Of a stretch of 64,000 nucleotides of DNA, positions 1-10,399 are shown piece by piece. The position numbers and the translations under genes are program-made. The notes under the pieces are model-generated. The model saw only the letters and a list, made by a program, of their open reading frames with translations, had not been told where the DNA came from and searched no databases. How positions within the stretch are numbered: position 1 is the stretch's first letter; every line of letters starts with the position of its first letter. Source of the stretch: Eledone cirrhosa (lineage: Eukaryota); the NCBI GenBank assembly GCA_964016885.1, contig OZ024741.1, positions 33,294,001 through 33,358,000 on the forward strand, in the 5' to 3' direction.

Positions 1-380
1 GTATGTGTCTGTGTGTGTGTGTGTGGCTATGTCTCTGGGTGTGTGTGTGTACGTGTGTATGTGTCTGTGTGTGTGTGTATGTATGTGCGTGTCTGCCTTT
101 GTATGTATGTGTATGTGTGTGTGTGTGTGTGTTTATGTATGTGCGTGTCTGCCTGTGTATGTGCGTGTGTGTGTGTATGTGTGTCTGTATGTGTCTGTAT
201 GAGTGTGTATGTGTATGAATGTGTGTGTGTATGTGTGTGTGTATGTGTGTATGTGTATCTGTATGTGTGTGTGTCTGTATGTGTGTATGTATGTGTGTGT
301 ATGTGTGTATGTATGTGTGTCTGTATGTGTGTGTGTGTATGTATGTATGTGTGTATGTGTGTATGTGTGTGTCTGTGTGT
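1..380. repeat. Degenerate (TG)n/(TATG)n microsatellite
   Basis: Continuous gtgt/gtat repeats; the overlapping CV/HT ORFs are artefacts. Confidence 0.95.
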
Positions 381-534
381 AAGGAAATATATATAAGCTA
401 ACCACTGTTTACACTTGATTTTTTTATCCTGTGTTCATCGCACGTAAAAATATATACTACAGAGCAACATATTCCATCAGCTATATTTCAAATACACAAT
501 ATATATATATTGTATTTTGTATTTATATATACAT

Positions 535-769
535 ATACATGAGTATGTACACGCACATACATATATGTATACAGACGTACAGTAGTATGTATATATATAT
601 ATATACACATACATGCACACATATATATATATATGTACGTATGGATTCACCGAACATTTATTATAATGCTCGGTGTGTTTGTAAACAAACATCCCGTATT
701 ACGGCTTAATACGGGATGTTTGTTTACAAACACACCGAGCATTATAATAAATGTTCGGTGAATCCATAC

Positions 770-809
<40 letters not shown>

Positions 810-876
810 ATGTATGTATATATATATACATACTACTGTACGTCTGTATACATATATGTATGTGCGTGTACATACT

Positions 877-883
<7 letters not shown>
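535..883. mobile_element. Fold-back (inverted duplication) of a dispersed repeat, ~170-bp arms, 5-nt loop
   Basis: Centre atcccgtatta-cggct-taatacgggat (691-717); arms mirror each other out to (TA)n; same repeat family at ~37060-37230, ~46800-47200, ~59020-59560. Confidence 0.85.
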
Positions 884-937
<54 letters not shown>

Positions 938-1099
938 TAGAATTGGAGCTCTGAAATAGCAATATATATATATGGATGTATATATAATGTATTTTGCAAT
1001 ACACTTTATGCTTAATTAAAAGCATTTTGAAGACCGTATGCTATTGTTTTAGAGTAGTGACAAATTCACTTACTTTAATCTCAGCAAACAGGGGAGATA

Positions 1100-1144
1100 A
1101 GCCGACAAGGTCTTGTTTCGCTTTTGTTGAAGCTTATCAAGGCT
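1100..1144 (-). ncRNA. Type I hammerhead ribozyme motif (U3-A8 core variant)
   Basis: Minus strand AGCC-UUGAUAA-GCUU(caacaa)AAGC-GAAA-CAAG(ac)CUUG-UC-GGCU: stems I, II, III all pair; GUC triplet; U3/A8 replaces the C3/G8 pair. Confidence 0.75.
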
Positions 1145-1245
1145 AACTACCCCTCCTGTCTACTGAGATTACTGATGTTATATTCTTATAGAATACTAGT
1201 AAATAATCAGGAGCTGATTATACAGAACGATTGCTGGTCAGGCAG

Positions 1246-1276
<31 letters not shown>

Positions 1277-1362
1277 CGATATTAAACAAATGGAAACTAT
1301 ATTTATAAAACCATATTTATTTCGTTATATATATTTCTGGGATATCATATTAAAAATATGGT

Positions 1363-1562
1363 NNNNNNNNNNNNNNNNNNNNNNNNNNNNNNNNNNNNNN
1401 NNNNNNNNNNNNNNNNNNNNNNNNNNNNNNNNNNNNNNNNNNNNNNNNNNNNNNNNNNNNNNNNNNNNNNNNNNNNNNNNNNNNNNNNNNNNNNNNNNNN
1501 NNNNNNNNNNNNNNNNNNNNNNNNNNNNNNNNNNNNNNNNNNNNNNNNNNNNNNNNNNNNNN
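1363..1562. other. Assembly gap (200 N)
   Basis: Run of N. Confidence 1.
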
Positions 1563-1854
1563 ACATATAAACACACACACACACATACATATATATATAT
1601 TGTAATATGTCATGTCTAAAAAATGTTATTCGTCGCACCACTGATTCTCCGTTTCTTATGTGATATATGCGTATATATATATATCATATATATATATATA
1701 TATATATTACAATCGTTTCTCTGACGACCAGCTCGATCGAGGCACGATCGATAAAATTATCGAACCTGACTCTGAAATTGCAAGGTCCTCAGATACGTCT
1801 CGATTCTTCGAAGCAGAGTTACCGCATACGGACGCTTTAAGCATCCCACATCAA

Positions 1855-1923
<69 letters not shown>

Positions 1924-2018
1924 TTTATCCTGGATTCAATCGTGGGTAATCACAGTTAGTAAGGTACTCAATACTTGGTAATAAAATTAGATAACCCCTG
2001 TAGAACCCATTTCTATAT

Positions 2019-2055
<37 letters not shown>

Positions 2056-2124
2056 ATATATATTTCGTTTCTGAATTTGTTTAGCAAGATTCTTTATCTG
2101 AAAACGTGTGTTGAAACCGATATC

Positions 2125-2611
2125 GTTATACTTTGGGAGGGTCATGTTGCCAATAAGAAACACATGCACCAGTTTCTTTCACTCCAATTTATTATAAATT
2201 AAATTATAAATTTAAAGAATTATAAATTTCCGGTTGGTTGGTTGGTTCCACAACCCGACAGTTGTTCATACATTGTCAAAGTTCTTTCGTCACACATTCT
2301 GTGACCTCATCAGTGATCGAGGATTCTTTTCTCTGTTTTGTGCCTCTCCTTTTTTCTGTCCTACGCCATCTTGTTTTTGAGATGGCGTAGGACAGAACAA
2401 AGGAGAGGCACAAAAACAAAGAAAAGAATCCCCAGTCACTGAAGAGGTCACAGAATGTGTGACGAAAGAACTTTGACAATATATGAACAACTATCCGGTT
2501 GTGGAACCAACCAACCAACCGGAAATTTATAAATTTAATTTATAATAAATTGGAGTGAAACAACTGGTGTATGTGTTTCTTATTGGCAACATGACCCTCC
2601 CAAAGCATAAC
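2125..2611. mobile_element. Imperfect fold-back element, ~240-bp arms, a hammerhead motif in each arm
   Basis: Centre ctacgccatct-tgtttttg-agatggcgtag; arms are reverse complements with scattered mismatches; (TA)n nearby on both sides; outer-arm homolog at ~58280-58420. Confidence 0.85.
2435..2477 (+). ncRNA. Minimal type I hammerhead motif (mirror copy at 2275-2317 on - with CUGAUGA)
   Basis: GUCA-CUGAAGA-G-GUCAC(agaaugu)GUGAC-GAAA-G(aa)CUU-UGAC; related copy at 4131-4178 (CUGAUGA-U-GUCACA(agug)UGUGAU-GAAAGAACUUUGA). Confidence 0.7.
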
Positions 2612-2959
2612 AATATATATATATTTATTAAAATAACAGTTTAAAGTTTAAGCAAAGAATCGCTGCTTTCACCCTTATACGTAAGTTGTTTGTAATACAA
2701 GATACTCGACGTTTCTCGATCACTCAATTATACATTATTGACGTGTGTTGTGTGCGTCTGTTTATGTGTCAGTGTGTAGGGGAGGGGGTTATTTTGTCTG
2801 TATTTGTGTTTGTGTTGCGTAAATTAGCGATTCGACAAATACAGATTCATAAAATATTTACCAGACTTGAACCAGTACCGGGGTCGATATAATTGACAAC
2901 ATTTCTGGTTGTGTTTCAGCAAAGCTGCAGCCTAATGATTGGAACAAGTGAAAGAGTAA

Positions 2960-3400
2960 AAGAGCATACGCATAAACACACACACACACACACATACATA
3001 GACACATACACACTTACACACACACATATACACAAACACACGCAGGCACACACACTCACATACAAACACACATACGCACAAACACACACACATACATACA
3101 CACTCAGACGCACTCACTCACACACATTCACATACAAATAAATCACACACTTACATACACATAAACACACATTCACATACACACTCTCTCACACACAAAT
3201 ACACACACACATACACATTCACTCACACACTCACACTCACATACACACACTCTCACACACACAGATACACAGATACGCAGATACAGACACACACTCACAC
3301 ACAGATACACAGATACACAGACACACGCTCTCACGCAGACACACACACACACATACACACACACAAATACACACACACACTCTCCAATACACACATACAT
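2960..3400. repeat. Degenerate (CA)n microsatellite
   Basis: acac/acat/agac repeats. Confidence 0.95.
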
Positions 3401-5135
3401 GTATATAACATGAGCTCGCGTAAACTCAATTAAATGTTCAATCTGCGAAGAGCAAACATCTGAAGGATGATTAAAATATATGACATTTTGCAGTAGAGAC
3501 TTTCCCAGTAGTTTAATTGAAAGTAATTTTGCTGGCGAATAGCACCATTTTAACTCTAACAGAAACTACCAGAAGATTCTCCAACAAAATTTAGTATACA
3601 TTATGTGAAAATATAATAGTTAAATTAGGCTGTCCAGTGAAGTTGTTTATCTAATTTTATTACCAAAGCCACCATCCCAGTTGTGTCATCGTGAGAACCT
3701 GTATGTGGTAGCACTACCTGCTAGAAATATTAGACAAATTTGTTATCAAACTACGCACTAGTTTAACTAAAAAATACCCCCACATATATATACATACACA
3801 CACATACACACATACGCACACACACGTACACAGATATATATATATTAATATATATATAGTTCAAGGAAACGACAAAACAGAGATATAAAAGTCTTATTAG
3901 TTTCATGTTTTATATGGAAAGGGGAAAGTTCGACGCATCGTGCTTTAGCCCTTCTTCAGGAATACAAAAACTAGAGGCCGGATCACAAAGGATAGATACG
4001 GAATATAAAAGGTAGTCTATAGAAAAAAAAAATTTTTTTAAATAATGAGAAAACAAGACATATATATATATATAATGGCTACGGGACAAAATGGCGTAGA
4101 CATTGCAATATAACGGGAGGAAACATAATAGTACTACTGATGATGTCACAAGTGTGTGATGAAAGAACTTTGATAGACTATATATATGTGTTTATATCTG
4201 TATTTTTAACCGTTGGTCAATCAATGAGAAACATTGATTGTTAGATAAATAAACTACGTAGATAAAAAAGATACAGAAGCAAAAACCAATCCAAACCAAA
4301 CAGTGTGTTTTATTATTATTTCTGGCAATATTATAACAATATGATCCTCCTCAAATATAACAATATATATATATATATGGAATTCAGCAAGTACGTCAAT
4401 CCAGGGCCCGGACAGCTAATGAGGGGAGCGCAAATATCTGATATCCATCTTAATCTCTCAGCACTCTTTTACTTATGAAAGACCTCACTCATTCAAACGA
4501 GTATACTGTAGGAGCAAAGATCAATCTTGTATTGCCTTGTAAAATTTCTCTTGGAGGTCATGAATATCTTCCAGTCTAGACATCAGACTTGGAGGCCGCA
4601 AAAGAAATCGTGCGTGTGTAGTCCACTAAGTCATAAAAACACAAACATCAATGACAGCAACACATTGCTGGTTATAATATTAGTATATTTTTATTTTATA
4701 TATCAAACTATATTTTTATTATTTACTGTTGTATCAATAATATTACAAATTGTTTATAATTCTTACTGAATGAAAATATGATGATGCCGATGACTTCTAT
4801 ACGAAGATACATTAAATTAAAGGTCGGGTCCACTCTGTTCTCTCAGTGTGCATGTGCATTGGTGTCTGGTCAGGCCGATCCGAGATCGGCAGGTCGGCCC
4901 ACAGCGACCGCAGGAAAATGCCTTTATTTTGCTTTGCTCCATCCTGACCCAGCCATCCAGTGGGCTCTCTTCTCCTCCTAGCTTGGAATGAAAATATAAA
5001 TACACATAATAGAAAGCTGTATACAAGTGGCATAGTAAGAAGTCGTTAGAGCATCGGGAAGAATATTTCTTCACTGCTCGTCGAGGTCAAACTTGATTTC
5101 CACCTTTCTATGGTCAATAGATACAATAAGGTTCA

Positions 5136-5330
5136 AATAATGGTTTCTGATTTAGACACATGGTCGACGATTTGGGGTTGGGAAAGTCGATTAAATCGAC
5201 TCCAGTGTGTTATTGATACTTTATTTTATCGACCCCGTAAGGATGAAAGGCAAAGCTAACCACTCATCCTTACTGGGTCGATAAAATAAAGTACCAGAGC
5301 TACACTGGGGTCGATAAAATAAAGTACTAG
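5136..5330 (-). mobile_element. Partial tRNA-derived SINE with local fold-back
   Basis: tactttattttatcgaccccgtaaggatgaaaggcaaag followed by an inverted tcatccttactgggtcgataaaataaagtac. Confidence 0.75.
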
Positions 5331-6389
5331 TATTACGATTAAAATAAAGGAATCAATTTAGCTGTCTTTCTTTCTCAGAAATGTTAACATTATGCCGTAA
5401 AGAGGGTTGTGACGGACCAGTAACCGCAGCCTTTTCTTTCAAAAAATCAATGAATAAAAGTCGAATGAGCCGCTAGAAATCTCATATTACTTTATATACT
5501 GTTTAATCAAATGGTCAAAGGATAAAAGTCAGAGACTGAATCTTTTCGGGGGCCTCCGAAGCTGTTTTGTGGAGATAGATGGGGAAGGGATTGAAGGACG
5601 AGAGGAATGGAGAGTGGAAGAGATTGAAGGAAGGATATATCCTCAAACAGGAGGCCTGATCTGAATATAATCTGCTAATGACAACCAAGGGCCAGGTGGT
5701 GATGGCAGTGGTGGTTGGGGACTTGGTTATGGATTAAGTATAACGTCTAAGGAACGAGCAATGAGCATCACAAGAAGAAACAGCAAAAAAGAAAGAAAGT
5801 AAACAGCTATAACCGAGAAAATTTAATTGGTTGTCGTTTTAGCTCGGAGGTATTTGAATAACTGATAGCTTTCTGTCTGGAACAGAATACAGCACTAACG
5901 ACAACAATAACAAATTCACTGCCACTTCTCATAAACAGAGATACAGAATTTAAAAAATAAAAAGTTGCGTTTCTGACTTATATCATTATTGATGTTGTTG
6001 CCATCGTTTACGTTGTCATCAATGTCATTGTTGTTGTCATCTTCATTGTCATTATTGTAGCACTTGTTTAAGCCAGAGACAACTCCAACAAAATACATGT
6101 ATGAACAACGACAGCCCATCCATGTCCATCCAATTTTTTTCATCTTCAGACAAAATGCCATTCATAACTAAACTAAGTATTTAACTGCTATGTCTAGCAG
6201 ATCAATCCATGAACAGCCTGTCATCCATTGTGTGATCATCCATGACTACATAAACCATTCGTCTCTCATTGTATTCAGACAATAGCTTGTGGTTTGGGGG
6301 AATGGTGAAAGCAATATATATGTTTCATAAAGACATTTTTTCCAATTCCAACCCACCCGTCCCCTCAATCTATCTTATTTCTCATTCTT

Positions 6390-6425
6390 TCTTCTGGTGA
6401 AGGACTAGCGTCCGAAACGTTAAGA
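6390..6425 (+). ncRNA. Minimal hammerhead-like motif (core variant CUGGUGA)
   Basis: UCUU-CUGGUGA-A-GGAC(uagc)GUCC-GAAAC-GUU-AAGA; self-complementary AACGUU stem III as in Penelope-type minimal hammerheads. Confidence 0.6.
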
Positions 6426-6506
6426 CCCTCTTCCTGCTATATCAAGCGTTAACCTAATATATCCCTTCCAGATACTGTAGCGATTGTGTTGTTATTTCTG
6501 TTTACC

Positions 6507-6561
<55 letters not shown>

Positions 6562-6562
6562 C

Positions 6563-6594
<32 letters not shown>

Positions 6595-6640
6595 ATCATA
6601 GATAGCGGACGGAATACGAAAATTTTGAAACATTTATTGA

Positions 6641-6730
6641 GAGACAGACAGATAGATAGACAGATAGATAGACAGATAGATAGACAGATAGATAGATAGA
6701 TAGACAGACAGATAGATAGATAGATAGATA
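6641..6730. repeat. (GATA/GACA)n microsatellite, left flank of the array
   Basis: Ends GACA GACA (GATA)5 directly abutting the element 3' end. Confidence 0.95.
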
Positions 6731-6962
6731 AATTTCTATTTATTTGCCACGAGGGCACAAAAGAAGGGGACATTTACACACTAGGGGAGTTTACATAAAT
6801 CGAGTAAAGAAAAAAGGAATAACAATAATAATATAACAATAAAAAGTCCTCAAAAGGGAGGGGGCGTGTTGGGGATTGCACATACCCCCGAAAAGTGTGC
6901 AACTCTTTTCGCGGGGGAAGCCCAGAGAGGAGGCGCTCCCCCTTTCCTCTTCACTTCTTCAC

Positions 6963-7280
6963 CTACAGAACAATGTAGAGAGAAGACCCATTTACACGGG
7001 CCATTCTCGCTTCTTTCACCCACCTTTCATAAAACTGTCTGGGACCAAGCACTTCTCTCTCCATCCTGATTCTTCTTCCGAAGTGGTATCGGAAGAAGTA
7101 AACCAGGTGATGGCCGGAGAGAAAGTCACCCGACCTCAGACCTTTCAGGCGCGTCCACCACACAACCTCTTTCATCATGGCTATTACGCACAGAAAGACC
7201 GCCTCTGCTTCATTTCTGAAGGGAGGAGGCGGCTTGATGTTCACCACAGACTCGGCGGTTAATCGAATCGGCGCCACACG
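6963..7280 (-). pseudogene. In-frame C-terminal ~105 aa of ORF2 beyond the nonsense codon
   Basis: Same frame as ORF2; copies 2/3 have TCG (Ser) where copy 1 has TAG; conserved in the diverged copy at 24330-24460 (IRMEREVL..FYERWV..ARMARVNG). Confidence 0.85.
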
Positions 7281-10200
7281 CTACAGCAGTCGTTCGACGT
7301 AGCCCCACAGATCGGCAACGCCCGGGCAGTGTACCAGTGCATGCGCAACGGTTTCCTCGTCGCGCACGCATCTGGGACAGATCTTTTTCGCGGGATCCCT
7401 GCCCGGGCGCCCGTGTCTGTAGAGCTTTTCTCGAACGGGCAGAGCCCCCCGGTAACACTGCCAGGCTAGGGACCTCTGGAAGTTGTCCATGGGTCCCGGG
7501 CCGAAAGTTCTACCGAACAGGCTGGCCAGTTCGTCCTCCTCCATTCCTAGCGACTCTCCAAGGGTGTCGTCGCCCCTGCTAGCCACCAACCCTCTATAGA
7601 ATGTCGAGGTGGATTCTCCACTGACAGTCGGGTCCGCTTGCCAGATAGCCGTGAGCGCCTGGGCACACTCAGTGTGCCAGTTGCCCAGTTTTCTCGGTCT
7701 TTGCTTCACCCAGGATTGCAGTTCGGTGAGCGAGACGAGCTGTGGGAAGGCTCGCCTCACAAACGGGGCCCACACCGGCTGACCGTTGAGGAATACCTGT
7801 AGATGCCGTAGCCTCAATGCGTGCCTACGCATCAACAGCCACGGCATACCCAGCCCTCCTTTCGAAGGGTGCTGGCAGCAGATGGATCTCCTCACCATGG
7901 GAGGCCGCTTCTTCCAGAGGAACTGGAAGAGCATGCGTTCCATGATGGTGAGCTTTTCCTTGGGGCAAGGCACGACGGTCAGGCGGTAGTAGATGACGGA
8001 CGCTATGTAAGCGTTCGTCACCTCCGCCCGACCTTTCAGTGATAGTTTGCACTTGGCCCACTTCTGGGTCAGCGCAAACACCCTGCTCGTCACCTCGCCC
8101 CAATTCTTCTCCACCTGGAGGTCCGGTCCGAACCAGACCCCGAGCAGCTTCACCGGGCCCTCCGTCCACCGCCCGACGACACCGTCTAACGGCATCGGTT
8201 TGCCCCTCCACGTTCCGAGTTGCAAACCGACTGACTTGTCCTGGTTCAGCTTAGCCCCCGTCAGCCTTTCGTATTCCTCCAGTAGGGTGGCGATCGCCCC
8301 GATTTCCGAGGCGTCCGCCACCATTACTGTTACGTCGTCGGCATAGGCCGAGACCGCTTTCTGCAATCCCGGTTCCAGGGGTATGCCCCGCAGCAACTCC
8401 AACTTCCGCAGCAGTGGCTCGAGAGTCAATACGTACAGAAGGGAGGATAGGGGACACCCCTGTCTGATGGATCGGGTGATTTGAAACGGCTCCGAGAGGT
8501 AGCCGTTTACTTTAATCCTAGAGTAGATGTTGCCACTGTGCATGGCAGAAATCCAGCCCCTGAAAACGGGTCCGAAGCCCGCCGCCGCTAGCACCGCATC
8601 CAAGTAACCATGGTCGACCCTATCGAACGCCTTAGATTGATCCAAGTTGATCAGGGCCCCACCAAAGCCGGGTTCATAGCCAACCCTCTCTATGATGTAT
8701 CGCATGAGGTGGAGGTTGTCGTGAATGGACCTGGACGGGATAGCGCATGTCTGCGCGTCTCCCACCAAACCACCCACCACAAGCGCCAACCTCTTCGCCA
8801 ACACCTTGGCCAAAATCTGTAACTCTGCATTCAGCAGAGTTATGGGCTTAAAGTTACTTAAGTCGTCCCCCTTGCTCTCGTCCTTCCTCACTAGCGTGAC
8901 CACGCCCTTGGTCACAGAACAGGGAATTCTCCCGTTCTGTTGCCAGTTGCAATAGACAGCCTCGAGGAGTTCGGAGAACAAGACCGGCATAGCTAAATAA
9001 AGTTCGTATGGTAGACCATCGAGACCCGGGGATTTGCGTCTGCTGCATTGGCTGAGCGCTTCCCCGATTTCAGTGGCTGTGATTGGCCTTTCGCAGCACT
9101 CCGCTTCGCCGCTCGAAAGACGCGGTAGACCGTCGAGGTATGGACCGAAGTCCACATCCCCGTCCGGCCCCCCACCACCTCCGAACAGTCGAGCAAAGTG
9201 CCTTTGAAAGGTCTCGCACATTCGCTCAGGTTCAAGGATCACCCGTCCATCCTGGTCTCGCAAAGACCGAATGGTGGATTTAATCCCACTCTTGGCTTCT
9301 GTCACGCGGGCCCAGCTAACAGCTTTGGTCCCCTCGTTTCCTAAAGCACGTATTTTACTTCGGACAACGCAGCCTTCGTGCTTCGCGTCAAAGAACTGGC
9401 TCAATGCCGTTCTCGTCGCTAACACTCTGGCTACGTCTCCGCTCCTAATCGCCTCTTCTAGTTTATCTGTTAACTCCCTTTCCCTCCTATTTCTATTCGC
9501 CGCTAGTTCCTTACTGTAACCTATCGAACTTACTCTAATCTCTCTCTTTAGAGATATCCACCACCTACTGTTGACGATCGCTCCCGTCAACCGCATCTTA
9601 ACTAAGCTACTAATCCGGTTTCTGTAATCTTTCTTTGTCGGTAAGGACAAGTTCATCTTCCAGTAACCGGGACCCTGTCTATGCGTTCTATCAAGGTTGA
9701 CCACGCAGGTCACTAATTTGTGATCTGAATAGCCAACCATGATCAGTTCTGGACAACTAAATACGTCCCTATCCTTACTCCTAACCAAAAACCTATCTAG
9801 GTACGATCTAGATTGTCCACTGCGGTTTGCCCAGGTCCAGGTTGGCGCAGTTGGACAATCTAGTCGAAATCTATCGACCAGGTCGAATCGATCGAGTAAC
9901 CCCTTGAGGCTGCTACACCCCCCTCTATCGGGACATGCCCCTGCATAGTCCCAACGCGCATCTAGGATTCCATTCCAGTCCCCCACTAAAAGCAGGGAAC
10001 GCGACGTTCCTAGAAAAGTCTCCAGACGCTGGAAGAAGTCGGCTCTTTCCGCCCCGAAGGGAGCATAAAGACCGACCAGTCTGAAAGCCCCGCCTTCACC
10101 GCCTCCGACGTCCAGCACCAGTAATCGACCCCCCGGGTCCGAGTGAACAATCTGTACGTCGAGAGTCAGACGTTTATCCAGCAGTACGGCAACTCCCCCC

Positions 10201-10394
10201 CCCCCGCCTCCGGGTTGACAGAGAGATGCGTGCATCTCAAAGTCATCGAAGGCGGGCGCCAGCTGTCTCACGCTGCTGATCCGACTCTCGCAAACAACCA
10301 TCACATCTATACTTTGTGACCTGAGGTCACTTAGAAGCTTTGCTTGCTTCCAAGCTGAGCCCAGGCCACGCGCGTTCAAACAGCCAACTCTCAA
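7281..10394 (-). CDS. ORF2p: APE endonuclease + reverse transcriptase + C-terminal Cys/His finger (premature TAG at 7281-7283; reading frame continues to 6963)
   Basis: EN motifs CLNARG, GDWN, SYLDRFLV, SDH; RT motifs KSPGLDG, PITLLN, LDQSKAFDRV, IRQGCPLS, AYADD; GGLG; CPRC..EETVAHALVHC; linker GPGYWKMN typical of L1/Tx1; starts at TTG, no in-frame ATG. Confidence 0.93.
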   Translation of the reverse strand: MRVGCLNARGLGSAWKQAKLLSDLRSQSIDVMVVCESRISSVRQLAPAFDDFEMHASLCQPGGGGGGVAVLLDKRLTLDVQIVHSDPGGRLLVLDVGGGEGGAFRLVGLYAPFGAERADFFQRLETFLGTSRSLLLVGDWNGILDARWDYAGACPDRGGCSSLKGLLDRFDLVDRFRLDCPTAPTWTWANRSGQSRSYLDRFLVRSKDRDVFSCPELIMVGYSDHKLVTCVVNLDRTHRQGPGYWKMNLSLPTKKDYRNRISSLVKMRLTGAIVNSRWWISLKREIRVSSIGYSKELAANRNRRERELTDKLEEAIRSGDVARVLATRTALSQFFDAKHEGCVVRSKIRALGNEGTKAVSWARVTEAKSGIKSTIRSLRDQDGRVILEPERMCETFQRHFARLFGGGGGPDGDVDFGPYLDGLPRLSSGEAECCERPITATEIGEALSQCSRRKSPGLDGLPYELYLAMPVLFSELLEAVYCNWQQNGRIPCSVTKGVVTLVRKDESKGDDLSNFKPITLLNAELQILAKVLAKRLALVVGGLVGDAQTCAIPSRSIHDNLHLMRYIIERVGYEPGFGGALINLDQSKAFDRVDHGYLDAVLAAAGFGPVFRGWISAMHSGNIYSRIKVNGYLSEPFQITRSIRQGCPLSSLLYVLTLEPLLRKLELLRGIPLEPGLQKAVSAYADDVTVMVADASEIGAIATLLEEYERLTGAKLNQDKSVGLQLGTWRGKPMPLDGVVGRWTEGPVKLLGVWFGPDLQVEKNWGEVTSRVFALTQKWAKCKLSLKGRAEVTNAYIASVIYYRLTVVPCPKEKLTIMERMLFQFLWKKRPPMVRRSICCQHPSKGGLGMPWLLMRRHALRLRHLQVFLNGQPVWAPFVRRAFPQLVSLTELQSWVKQRPRKLGNWHTECAQALTAIWQADPTVSGESTSTFYRGLVASRGDDTLGESLGMEEDELASLFGRTFGPGPMDNFQRSLAWQCYRGALPVREKLYRHGRPGRDPAKKICPRCVRDEETVAHALVHCPGVADLWGYVERLL

Positions 10395-10399
10395 TTGAT

